This document shows positions 27,217-35,373 of a DNA stretch of 36,942 bases, piece by piece. The notes beneath the pieces are model-generated. The model was given only the letters and a program-made list of their open reading frames with translations. It searched no databases and was not told the DNA's origin. The stretch lies in assembly GCA_027074135.1 (NCBI GenBank), contig JALTDM010000004.1:1-36942 (forward strand). The letters are read 5' to 3'. Source of the stretch: Bacteroidales bacterium. GTDB lineage: Bacteria; Bacteroidota; Bacteroidia; Bacteroidales; JALTDM01. Every line of letters begins with the position of its first letter. The first letter of the stretch is position 1. The position numbers and the translations under genes were made by a program.

Positions 27217-27645
27217 TTAATGCCCACCGGATAGGATATATTTCCTTTTCCGTATCCTGTTGATTTGGAGTTTGTAATTTGTGTCACTCTTATTTCCTTT
27301 TTTTACCAGTTTGGCCTCTTCCCATTTGTAGTGATAATGATCTATAACTGTATCGTATGCAGTAATATCTCTTTTAAGATGTTTTAAGATTAAATCCTCT
27401 CCTGTCAAGTAAAGTTTGTAAAATCTCTTATTGATAACAAGTACTTCAGGAGGGAAAGTCCCTTCTCCTTTGCCCATGGCTATTATTTTGCCATCTTCTC
27501 CGTCTAAAGTTGCATGTATAGCTCTAAAAGTTAATTTATTCTTGTTTTTAAGAAAAATACCGCCTTTCTTTATAACCACAAGTCTGTTTTGTGAAAAAGA
27601 ATTTATGGCAAATGCAATACAGAATAAGAAAAATATTTTTTTCAT
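27217..27645 (-). CDS. Small secreted protein, unknown function
   Basis: I place the start at ATG 27645 (MKKIFFLFCIAFAINSFS|QN). It is the last gene of the QC-methyltransferase operon, 48 nt after the methyltransferase stop. Confidence 0.6.
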   Translation of the reverse strand: MKKIFFLFCIAFAINSFSQNRLVVIKKGGIFLKNKNKLTFRAIHATLDGEDGKIIAMGKGEGTFPPEVLVINKRFYKLYLTGEDLILKHLKRDITAYDTVIDHYHYKWEEAKLVKKGNKSDTNYKLQINRIRKRKYILSGGH

Positions 27646-27693
27646 ATCCTCGTTTTTGTCATAACACAAAAATGTGCAAATTTATTTTATAAC

Positions 27694-28476
27694 TCAATAC
27701 CTTACTACAAAATTTTGTTTTGATAGTCCCGGGTTTAAAAATGCAATACCGAGTTTACAGAAGTCTAAAGTTAATGTTGTTTTTGATGATTTTTTTATTT
27801 CTTTCCAAGCTTGTGTCATTCCTTTTGACCAATAAATATCATCAAAAATCAGAATGGTTTTATTGTGACAATTGTTTGCAATCAATTTATTAAAGTATTG
27901 AATTGTTGCTTTATATGTGTGGTTACCGTCTATTAGGATTGCATCAAATTTTTGATTTATTTTCTCCAATGCGGATGCAAATTCGTCATTTATCAGGTTT
28001 ACATTTTTTATGTTCAGTTTTTTTAAATTTTCTGTAGCAAGTTCGTATAAATTTAAGTCACCTTCTATACTTGTTACTGTATTCCCTGCATATTTTGCCA
28101 AATAAGCTGTAGTGACTCCGAGTGATGTACCTAGTTCAAGTACAGTGTTAATTTTCAAATAATTAAAATTTTTTGCGAGAAGCAAACGGTATTTAAGTGG
28201 CATGAGAGAATATTTTGCTATTTCACATATCTTGCGGTTGTCATTTTTCATTTTGTGTGAACCTGCACCAAAGTCAGTTACGATTATTTCAGAACAATCC
28301 CTTTTCAGATTTCCGTAGAGTTTTTCAACATCAGGTAAAATAAAATTCCGGTTTGGGGCAGATATTCCTTTTGTAATAAACTCAAAAAGAAACGGTGAGT
28401 GAATACCGTATCCTCTTTTGTGTCGGGCGGTTATGAGATATTTTATGCAATGGGCAGCCAAGTGGAAATTAGGCAT
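27694..28476 (-). CDS. Class I SAM-dependent methyltransferase
   Basis: 260 aa. Motif I VLELGTSLGVTTAYLA and post-I/II motifs (SIEGD; AILIDGNH). N-terminal HKRGYGIHSPFLFEF segment. Starts 4 nt after the QC stop. Confidence 0.8.
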   Translation of the reverse strand: MPNFHLAAHCIKYLITARHKRGYGIHSPFLFEFITKGISAPNRNFILPDVEKLYGNLKRDCSEIIVTDFGAGSHKMKNDNRKICEIAKYSLMPLKYRLLLAKNFNYLKINTVLELGTSLGVTTAYLAKYAGNTVTSIEGDLNLYELATENLKKLNIKNVNLINDEFASALEKINQKFDAILIDGNHTYKATIQYFNKLIANNCHNKTILIFDDIYWSKGMTQAWKEIKKSSKTTLTLDFCKLGIAFLNPGLSKQNFVVRY

Positions 28477-28480
28477 AGGT

Positions 28481-29557
28481 TTACATTTTTACTTCAAAAA
28501 GTTTTGGCCAGTTTTTACCCGTAATGTAAATTTTACCTGTTTTATGGTCATAGGCAATACCGTTCAAAACATCTATCCCGGGAAATTTATCTTTATCTGT
28601 AAGCAAGCCCGTGCAGTCTATTTTTTTCAATACTTTACCGTTGGCGGGGTCAATTACGACAATGGTATCAGTTTGATATACATTTGCATAAATCAATCCG
28701 TTTATATTTTCCAATTCGTTCAGGGCAGATATTCCCCTTTTGTCGTCATAAACTTCTATTTTGTCTGTAACGGTAAATGTATTCGGATCAAGTTCGTAGA
28801 GAGTGTTAGAACCGTCACTCATAATAAGTTTGTCTCCAAGATTTGTTATTCCCCAACCTTCTGTTGTGTATGTAAATTTATTTTTTAAAGTAAAGTTTTC
28901 TTTGTCAAACACAAATGCAGTTCGGGATTGCCAGGTAAGTTGTATAATCTCATCTTTGTAGAGCACGATACCTTCGCCAAAAACATTATCCGGCAGACTG
29001 TATGATTGGATGATTTCATAATCAGGAAGTTTTATTTTTCTTAATGAAGATTGCCCCCATTGGCCTGTTCCTTCGTATAGGTAGCCGTTGTCAAAAAGCA
29101 ACCCTTGGGTGTAAGCTTTTTTATCGTGCGGAAATGTTTTTATAACTTCAATTTTTTTCACTTCAGGTTTAATGTCGGAAAGTAGTAGAAAATTATAAGA
29201 ATCCGTTTCTTTTTGCTTTCCATATTGTGAAATTAGCATAAGCTGGTGGTGTCCTGTACGAAAGTTTGCAGTGGAAAATTGGTATTTATTTTTCTCTCCC
29301 GGAAATTTATCAGTTTGATTCCCGTCTATGTAAACTGTTACAGTGTCAGGAGCCTTATCGTAATGTATTGCAAGTGCTATGGAATCACCTGTGTGGTATG
29401 TGTTTTTTTGTGAAAAAATATTACAATAATTAGCATCTGTCTGTTGTTCCGGTGTTTGTTGAATGTTTTCCTTTACCGTAGTGTTATCTTGTTTGTTGTT
29501 ACAAGAGTTTAAAATGGCTAGAAATGAAAAGGTTATAATCCAAAATGATTTTCTCAT
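28481..29557 (-). CDS. Glutaminyl-peptide cyclotransferase (beta-propeller, plant/bacterial type) lipoprotein with ~130-aa N-terminal extra domain
   Basis: Lipobox AILNSC|N. Residues ~140-358 match the glutamine cyclotransferase pattern: YTQGLLFDNGYLYEGTGQWGQSSLRKI...FGEGI...LTWQS...GWGIT..GDKLIMSDGSNTLYELDPNTF...LNELE.INGLIYANV.....I.VIDP..GKV...VLNGIAYD...GKIYITGKNWPKLFEV. Confidence 0.85.
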   Translation of the reverse strand: MRKSFWIITFSFLAILNSCNNKQDNTTVKENIQQTPEQQTDANYCNIFSQKNTYHTGDSIALAIHYDKAPDTVTVYIDGNQTDKFPGEKNKYQFSTANFRTGHHQLMLISQYGKQKETDSYNFLLLSDIKPEVKKIEVIKTFPHDKKAYTQGLLFDNGYLYEGTGQWGQSSLRKIKLPDYEIIQSYSLPDNVFGEGIVLYKDEIIQLTWQSRTAFVFDKENFTLKNKFTYTTEGWGITNLGDKLIMSDGSNTLYELDPNTFTVTDKIEVYDDKRGISALNELENINGLIYANVYQTDTIVVIDPANGKVLKKIDCTGLLTDKDKFPGIDVLNGIAYDHKTGKIYITGKNWPKLFEVKM

Positions 29558-29577
29558 AATACTTTTGTTTTAAAGTT

Positions 29578-29585
29578 CAAAAGTA
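29578..29585 (-). promoter_or_regulatory. Candidate -7 box (TACTTTTG) for the QC operon
   Basis: Plus-strand caaaagta, 21-28 nt upstream of ATG 29557. It forms a 9-bp inverted repeat with 29559-29567 (atacttttg). Confidence 0.4.
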
Positions 29586-29620
29586 TTATTTTTATTTTAT
29601 TTAGGGCAAGGTGTAAAAAT

Positions 29621-29650
29621 AAAAAAGCCGCCTTTTTGGCGGCTTTTTTA
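29621..29650 (-). terminator. Intrinsic terminator (bidirectional shape) downstream of the 308-aa lipoprotein gene
   Basis: aaaaaaGCCGCCtttttGGCGGCtttttt: perfect 6-bp GC stem with a 5-nt loop, an A-run on one side and a T-run on the other. Confidence 0.75.
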
Positions 29651-29667
29651 TTTGTGATTAAGTTGTT

Positions 29668-30594
29668 TTAGTTAGCGGCAACATTTGTTTTAACATCAAT
29701 TGTAATAGTTCCATCACTTGTTCCCGAAATATCTGTTACTTTGAATACTCCGTTTGTTCCTGCTGCTGTTGTAAATCCAACAACATCGCCTACTGCAAGT
29801 TGTGGAACTTTTGAGAGAGGACTGTTTTGTCCTTCAAGAGCTGCATCTACATCTGCTGTTGTTTGGATAGAAGCAAAATCAACACCTGTAAGTTTGTAAA
29901 AAGCTGTTGCATTTTGAGTTGTCCAATCTTGTGTCCAAGTAAAGTCACCACTTTGTCCGTTTACTGTTTCATCATTCGGAGCTGCTATTGTAGCAGTGTT
30001 CGTACTTCCATAGTAATATATGAAATCAACATCAGCTTGATGTGCATTAGCATCACTTAATGTGTAAACAGTGTTGCTTTCCACATCATAAAAACTACCG
30101 ACATTGGCATTGCTTTGTGCACCCATCAATACAGTAGAATATTCTGTTGCATCGGGAGATGTAGCTTCAGCTTTTTTAGTAATTTTTACAGTTACGCTGT
30201 AGCTTTGTCCGTCTTTGTCTGTAACTGAGAATTTGTAATCATATTCTTTGTATTGGGTAAAATCACTAGCGTAGAAAGTTTTGTCAAATGTGTATTTTTT
30301 ACTTGTTTCACCTTTGAATGATGAAGTTGTAGAAGCGTCATAAGCTGCTGATGTTTGCCCACCGTTTTGGTCAATTTTTGTTTCTGTAATAGAAAATGTT
30401 TCAACTTCTCCTTCAGCATTTACATCTGCTGTGAATAGTACTTGTACAGCTGTGTCATTTGAGAAATCCAATTCCCAACTTGTTTTGCTTATTGAAATTG
30501 TTGGAGCTGCATGTTGATCGTCTCCACCGCAGCTGTTCAAGAAAATCATTCCTGCAACTGCAAATAACACTGTTAATAATCTCATCTTTTTCAT
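29668..30594 (-). CDS. Lipoprotein, unknown function (Thr/Ser/Asp-rich, two-domain)
   Basis: 308 aa. Lipobox MIFLNSC|GGDDQ with acidic residues right after the Cys. I recognise no enzymatic motif. Confidence 0.7.
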   Translation of the reverse strand: MKKMRLLTVLFAVAGMIFLNSCGGDDQHAAPTISISKTSWELDFSNDTAVQVLFTADVNAEGEVETFSITETKIDQNGGQTSAAYDASTTSSFKGETSKKYTFDKTFYASDFTQYKEYDYKFSVTDKDGQSYSVTVKITKKAEATSPDATEYSTVLMGAQSNANVGSFYDVESNTVYTLSDANAHQADVDFIYYYGSTNTATIAAPNDETVNGQSGDFTWTQDWTTQNATAFYKLTGVDFASIQTTADVDAALEGQNSPLSKVPQLAVGDVVGFTTAAGTNGVFKVTDISGTSDGTITIDVKTNVAAN

Positions 30595-30621
30595 AGTTGT
30601 TTAATTTTTTATAATTCGCTA

Positions 30622-30629
30622 CAAAGATA
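30622..30629 (-). promoter_or_regulatory. Candidate -7 box (TATCTTTG) for the 308-aa lipoprotein gene
   Basis: Plus-strand caaagata, 28-35 nt upstream of ATG 30594. Confidence 0.35.
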
Positions 30630-30690
30630 TATCATTTGTTGATAACAGGAAAAAAATTTTTCACATATATCCTATTTTATTATAAATGAC

Positions 30691-30698
30691 TATATTTG
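30691..30698 (+). promoter_or_regulatory. Candidate -7 box (TATATTTG) for the 280-aa lipoprotein gene
   Basis: tatatttg ends 20 nt before ATG 30719. Confidence 0.4.
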
Positions 30699-30718
30699 TA
30701 AGCAAAATATGTAATGTT

Positions 30719-31561
30719 ATGAAAAAGATTGCTTTATTGGCAGGAGTTTTAGCTTTATTTTTAAGCAGTTGTAAAATGAATGATGAAGTTCCGCCGCAAA
30801 TATATTTTCTTGTGGGGAATCCTGATACTGCTATTGTAGGTGAACCATATAATATTCCTATGCCACCCAAAGGAGTTTCTTGTGATGATAATTTTGACGG
30901 CAAAGAAGTTGAAAAAAACTTGAAATATACCCATGATATTCCGGTTAGTTCTGTAAGTGGTACTATGATAATTCCTAAACTGACGGGTAATTATCACATT
31001 TATTATACTTTGCAAGATGACGCGGGTAATAAAACTGATAAAACTTTGAATGTTGTTGTTTACAATCAAGCTCAAAAATTCTGTACGTGGTATCGTATGA
31101 AAAGAACCAGTCAAGAACACATTAATCCTGATTTTGATATTTACGATAATGTTTTTACCAAACTTGTTGCAAGTGACAGTGTAAATAATAGGATTATCTT
31201 TCCTAAGCTTTCCAATATTGAAAATTTAAGGGTTTATGGTAACATTACTCATGGAGATACTACATTGTTGGTAAATATACCTATGCAAGAAGTACCCCTT
31301 GTTGAGACTAATATGCATGTAAACGGAACTGATACAACTTATACAAGTGATACATTATTATATGTAATAAGGAATACAAGTGCAGGTTCAAGTTATTTTG
31401 CAGACACAGTAAATTTCAAAATTATCCTGAAATATGATATAAACAGATATAAGAAGACTACTCAAGGAAATGCTGATTATATTTCTACTGACGATACTTA
31501 CGGGATTTATTGGAAAAACGATCAGCAAGATCAATGTACGGAGACTTATACAAAGATGTAA
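30719..31561 (+). CDS. Lipoprotein with N-terminal Ig-like (DUF5011-like) segment, unknown function
   Basis: I place the start at ATG 30719 (MKKIALLAGVLALFLSSC|KMNDE). PPQIYFLVGNPDTAIVGEPY...CDDNFDG resembles the P.I.L.G...V..G..Y...A.D..DG pattern of Ig-like DUF5011 domains. Confidence 0.65.
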   Translation: MKKIALLAGVLALFLSSCKMNDEVPPQIYFLVGNPDTAIVGEPYNIPMPPKGVSCDDNFDGKEVEKNLKYTHDIPVSSVSGTMIIPKLTGNYHIYYTLQDDAGNKTDKTLNVVVYNQAQKFCTWYRMKRTSQEHINPDFDIYDNVFTKLVASDSVNNRIIFPKLSNIENLRVYGNITHGDTTLLVNIPMQEVPLVETNMHVNGTDTTYTSDTLLYVIRNTSAGSSYFADTVNFKIILKYDINRYKKTTQGNADYISTDDTYGIYWKNDQQDQCTETYTKM

Positions 31562-31586
31562 TATTTTATAAATTTATTAGTTAATA

Positions 31587-31613
31587 AAAGGGTGGGGGTA
31601 CCGCCCTTTTTTT
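31587..31613 (+). terminator. Candidate intrinsic terminator
   Basis: aaaaGGGTGGgggtaCCGCCCttttttt: 6-bp stem with one G-U pair, followed by T7. Confidence 0.55.
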
Positions 31614-31625
31614 ATACTGTTTCAA

Positions 31626-33044
31626 ATGGCAAGCATTTTTAAAAAAATATTTTTTTCTTTACTGTTCGTAATTATTTTATTTTGGGTAAGTAGTTGCAAA
31701 AAGGATAGCGACTATTTGAATGAGGCTGCAATAGATTTTTCTACAGATACACTAAGTTTTGATACAGTTTTTACAACCATAGGCTCTACAACTCAACATT
31801 TTACTGTACACAACAGAAATTCAAAAGATGTTAAACTGGACAAAATTTATTTGGCAGGAGGCGCAAGGTCTCAATTCAGGTTAAATATTGACGGTGTTTC
31901 CGGCAATTCTGTTTCTGATGTTATTATACCTGCCAATGACAGTATTTTTGTATTTGTGGAGGTAACTGTTGATCCGACCAACCAAAACTCACCTATGGTA
32001 ATTACTGATTCTGTAATGTTTGTTGCAGGCAACACATCTAAAAATATTAAGTTGGTTGCTTGGGGACAAGATGTACATTTGTTTAAAGATACCATCTTGA
32101 GTTCAGATATGATATGGACAAACGATAAACCTTATTTGATTTACGGATATCTATTTGTGGATACAGGGGTGACGCTTACCATAAATGAAGGTTGTAATAT
32201 TCATTTGCATCATTCATCTTCGATTTATGTCGCGGGAAAAATGTTGGTAAACGGAACAAAAGACAATCCTGTTGTTTTTCAGGGAGACAGGCTTGAAGAA
32301 TGGTATGACGATATACCCGGGCAGTGGGACAGGATAGCGTTTTTCCAAACCAGCAAAGGGAATGTTATAAATTATGCAACCATAAAAAATTCAATAATAG
32401 GAATTCAAGCGGGTGAACGACCCGATTATACAGATTATGCAGAAGTGGAACTGAATAATGTTAAAATTTTCAACACCAATTATTCTGCTGTTTTCTCAAT
32501 GGGCGGGCATATTACCGCAAAAAATCTTATTGCAGCAAACAGCGGATTTTATGAAGCAGCTTTTTTGATTGGCGGGCAATATAAATTTTACCATTGCACA
32601 TTTAATAATTATTGGGCTTATGCTCACCGTTCAGAGCCGTCAATACTGGTGAGCAATAATTTGATTGCCGACGGAGTATTGTATGTTGGTAATATTGAAG
32701 AGTCGTTTTTCGGGAATTGTATTGTTTATGGTGACAGGGAAGACGAAATTATGTTTTCTGAAGAAGATGGAGGCAGCATAAATTTTAAGTTTAATAACTG
32801 CTTGGTTAGGTCAAAGACTTATTCGGCTTCTGATACTGCTTTTTTTAATTCAGCTTGTTTATTTAATTCTGACCCGGGATTTACTGCTCCGGATGATTAT
32901 GATTTTCACCTGAAAAGTGGGAGTGTGGCATTAAACAAAGGAGACATGGGAATTGCAGTATTTGCACCGCTTGATTATGACGGAAACGACAGAACTTCTG
33001 ATGCCGGTCCCGATTTGGGTGCTTTTGAATACATACAACAGTGA
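31626..33044 (+). CDS. Lipoprotein with predicted right-handed beta-helix region, unknown function
   Basis: Lipobox FWVSSC|KKDSD. The middle region has beta-helix-like repeats. The C-terminal motif DYDGNDRTSDAGPDLGAFEY is typical of the end of parallel beta-helix / choice-of-anchor-type surface proteins. Confidence 0.65.
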   Translation: MASIFKKIFFSLLFVIILFWVSSCKKDSDYLNEAAIDFSTDTLSFDTVFTTIGSTTQHFTVHNRNSKDVKLDKIYLAGGARSQFRLNIDGVSGNSVSDVIIPANDSIFVFVEVTVDPTNQNSPMVITDSVMFVAGNTSKNIKLVAWGQDVHLFKDTILSSDMIWTNDKPYLIYGYLFVDTGVTLTINEGCNIHLHHSSSIYVAGKMLVNGTKDNPVVFQGDRLEEWYDDIPGQWDRIAFFQTSKGNVINYATIKNSIIGIQAGERPDYTDYAEVELNNVKIFNTNYSAVFSMGGHITAKNLIAANSGFYEAAFLIGGQYKFYHCTFNNYWAYAHRSEPSILVSNNLIADGVLYVGNIEESFFGNCIVYGDREDEIMFSEEDGGSINFKFNNCLVRSKTYSASDTAFFNSACLFNSDPGFTAPDDYDFHLKSGSVALNKGDMGIAVFAPLDYDGNDRTSDAGPDLGAFEYIQQ

Positions 33045-35324
33045 CTATTCTTTATTAAAAATCAGATAACCGAAATTAACTATTACACTTTGCTTTCTGA
33101 ATGTTTTGTCCAAGACATTAAACGACAGAGAAACCGGTCCGAATTTAGTATGGTAAACAATAGCAGCCTCAAAAAGCATATTGTAATAACTGAGAGGTTT
33201 TTGTGCAACTTCTTTATAATTTTCCACAAAATGTTTAGATTCTGGAATGAAAATGTTTGGATTCAGATGTAAGTAAATTCCTTTGTAAACATTATAATCT
33301 AAAGAAATGCCTCCACCCATCCAAGATGGAGCTCTGAAATCATATAAAAACATAGTTTTGGAATATTGGGTGGGAGAAAATTGAGTATAATAAAAAGCCG
33401 ACGAATAAAAATTTTCAAATTGCGATTGGTTTGAAAAATGTGCACTAAATGAGGGGGTTATAAGTAGATTGTTAAATCGTATTACTTTTTTGAATTCAAA
33501 ATCTATATAGGGCCAATACCGGGTTACTCTATAAGTTTGATAATGTCGCGATGAAGTATTACCTGCGTAATAATTTTCCAACCCCCAAATATATCCTGCC
33601 GTAAGTGATGTTTTGCTTCCTTTGGTCGGATACTGAACATAATCAAGCGTGTTTTTATCTATCTGAAAAAATGTATTTGTGTACGGGAAATAAGTTTCGT
33701 CAGTAGTGTCGTCTATACTGAAATAAAGTGTTTGGTAATAACGGTTTATGTCATTATTTATATGCAAGTTTACTGAAAAATTTGTTTTGTTGTCTAAAGC
33801 AAATGCAAGTTTACCAAATGTAGATGTGCTATTGTGGATGATAAAGGAGGGATTTGTTTCAAGGAAAAACCATTCTGTGTTAGAAGTAAAATAGTTAAAT
33901 CTGTTGTAATTTATACCAAGAAGTATGTAATACGGAATTTTACCCGGGAATTCTATTCGTGATGAAAGTCCTACAGAGTTGTAAAATTTACCAAAGTATG
34001 AATTTAACCTGAACAAATAACTTTTTGAAGAAAGAAAACGGTAATTAACTTCTAAATATCCCGTGGTAAATGTGCCGGTAGATACATTGCCGCCGAATTT
34101 TGCAGTAAAGTGTTTTTCGGGTTTTATGTAAAGGTTTATAACATAAAAACCTGTTTTTTTATTGTATTTTGCAATGGGCATAAGCATAGAAAATTGTCCA
34201 TCTTGCATAAGACGGTAATAACCTTGTTTAAATTGTGACAGGGTGATTATTGTATCTTTTCTGTGCTTAAAGTTTTGCATTACATATTTCTTTTGCAATT
34301 TATTCAGGTTGGTGATGTTTATGTTTTTTATCAAAATAGGTTTTTCTTTGGAGTGGAAAATTTTTCTCATTTTATTTATTTTGCTTGTGTCCCGGAATGA
34401 AGCAATTATTTTTTTTATTGTATCTACTTGTGTCAGACCGTATTTGTAGCCGAGGTCTATTATTTCTTTTGCTTTGTCAAATTCAAAGACCGCATAATTT
34501 TGCAGACCGGGAGGTTCAAGTATGAACAAATTATGTAATGTGTCATACGAATTATTATTGTTAAATACCAATTTTTCCACAATTTTCAGCAAATCATCTT
34601 GGTCAATAAATTTTTTGTCAAGATAAGTTTTACTACCTATTATAAAATCAGGGTCAAAATCGTTTTTCATCACATCAATTGCGAAATTATTGTATATTCC
34701 GCCGTCATAAAGTATTTTACCGTTAATGATGACCGGGGCATAATATATCGGATAAGCCATTGACGAACGTACAGCAAGCCCAAGATTGCCCTTCGAAAAT
34801 ACAACAGCTTTGTTTTTTATAATATCGGAAGCTATACACCTGTATGGAACCATTAAGCTGTCGAAATTTCCACCTGATTTTTGTGTTGCTTGTGAGAATA
34901 ATTCCAAAAAGGCAAGGTTCATCGGAGTAGTGTTTATGAAACTGATTGGGAGGTATGGTTTTATTATAGAATCGTATTTAAAATTTAATTCTAACCAAGC
35001 CGGAGTAGTTTCTTTCTTTTTTATGTAAAAAAAATATTTATCCGGGATTTTTCCGAATGCCCAATCCAAAAATTCATCTGAAGTAGCAATTTTTTTCATT
35101 TCTTCGGGAGAATATCCTGCTGCATACAGACCACCGACAATTGCTCCCATAGATGTTCCTACTACATAGTCAATGGGTATGCCATTCTCTTCGAATGCTT
35201 GAATTATACCAATGTGTGCCAGCCCTTTAGCTCCACCACCACTTAAAACAAGTCCTACTTTTTGAGCTTTAAGAGAAAAGGATATGAGAAAAAATATTAT
35301 GATATTTGCAAAAAAAAATCTCAT
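33045..35324 (-). CDS. Patatin-like phospholipase fused to POTRA-like and Omp85-type beta-barrel (PlpD / type Vd-like architecture)
   Basis: I place the start at ATG 35324 (MRFFFANIIIFFLISFSLKA|QK); the track start 35342 is TTG. Patatin motifs GLVLSGGGAKGLAHIG and GTSMGAIVG, with catalytic Asp in YDGG. The C-terminal ~400 aa are Tyr/Asn/Phe-rich beta-strand sequence ending VNFGYLIF. Confidence 0.85.
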   Translation of the reverse strand: MRFFFANIIIFFLISFSLKAQKVGLVLSGGGAKGLAHIGIIQAFEENGIPIDYVVGTSMGAIVGGLYAAGYSPEEMKKIATSDEFLDWAFGKIPDKYFFYIKKKETTPAWLELNFKYDSIIKPYLPISFINTTPMNLAFLELFSQATQKSGGNFDSLMVPYRCIASDIIKNKAVVFSKGNLGLAVRSSMAYPIYYAPVIINGKILYDGGIYNNFAIDVMKNDFDPDFIIGSKTYLDKKFIDQDDLLKIVEKLVFNNNNSYDTLHNLFILEPPGLQNYAVFEFDKAKEIIDLGYKYGLTQVDTIKKIIASFRDTSKINKMRKIFHSKEKPILIKNINITNLNKLQKKYVMQNFKHRKDTIITLSQFKQGYYRLMQDGQFSMLMPIAKYNKKTGFYVINLYIKPEKHFTAKFGGNVSTGTFTTGYLEVNYRFLSSKSYLFRLNSYFGKFYNSVGLSSRIEFPGKIPYYILLGINYNRFNYFTSNTEWFFLETNPSFIIHNSTSTFGKLAFALDNKTNFSVNLHINNDINRYYQTLYFSIDDTTDETYFPYTNTFFQIDKNTLDYVQYPTKGSKTSLTAGYIWGLENYYAGNTSSRHYQTYRVTRYWPYIDFEFKKVIRFNNLLITPSFSAHFSNQSQFENFYSSAFYYTQFSPTQYSKTMFLYDFRAPSWMGGGISLDYNVYKGIYLHLNPNIFIPESKHFVENYKEVAQKPLSYYNMLFEAAIVYHTKFGPVSLSFNVLDKTFRKQSVIVNFGYLIFNKE

Positions 35325-35373
35325 GGTTAACGGAAGTTTCAATAACTTTACAAACTACAAAAATACAAATATT

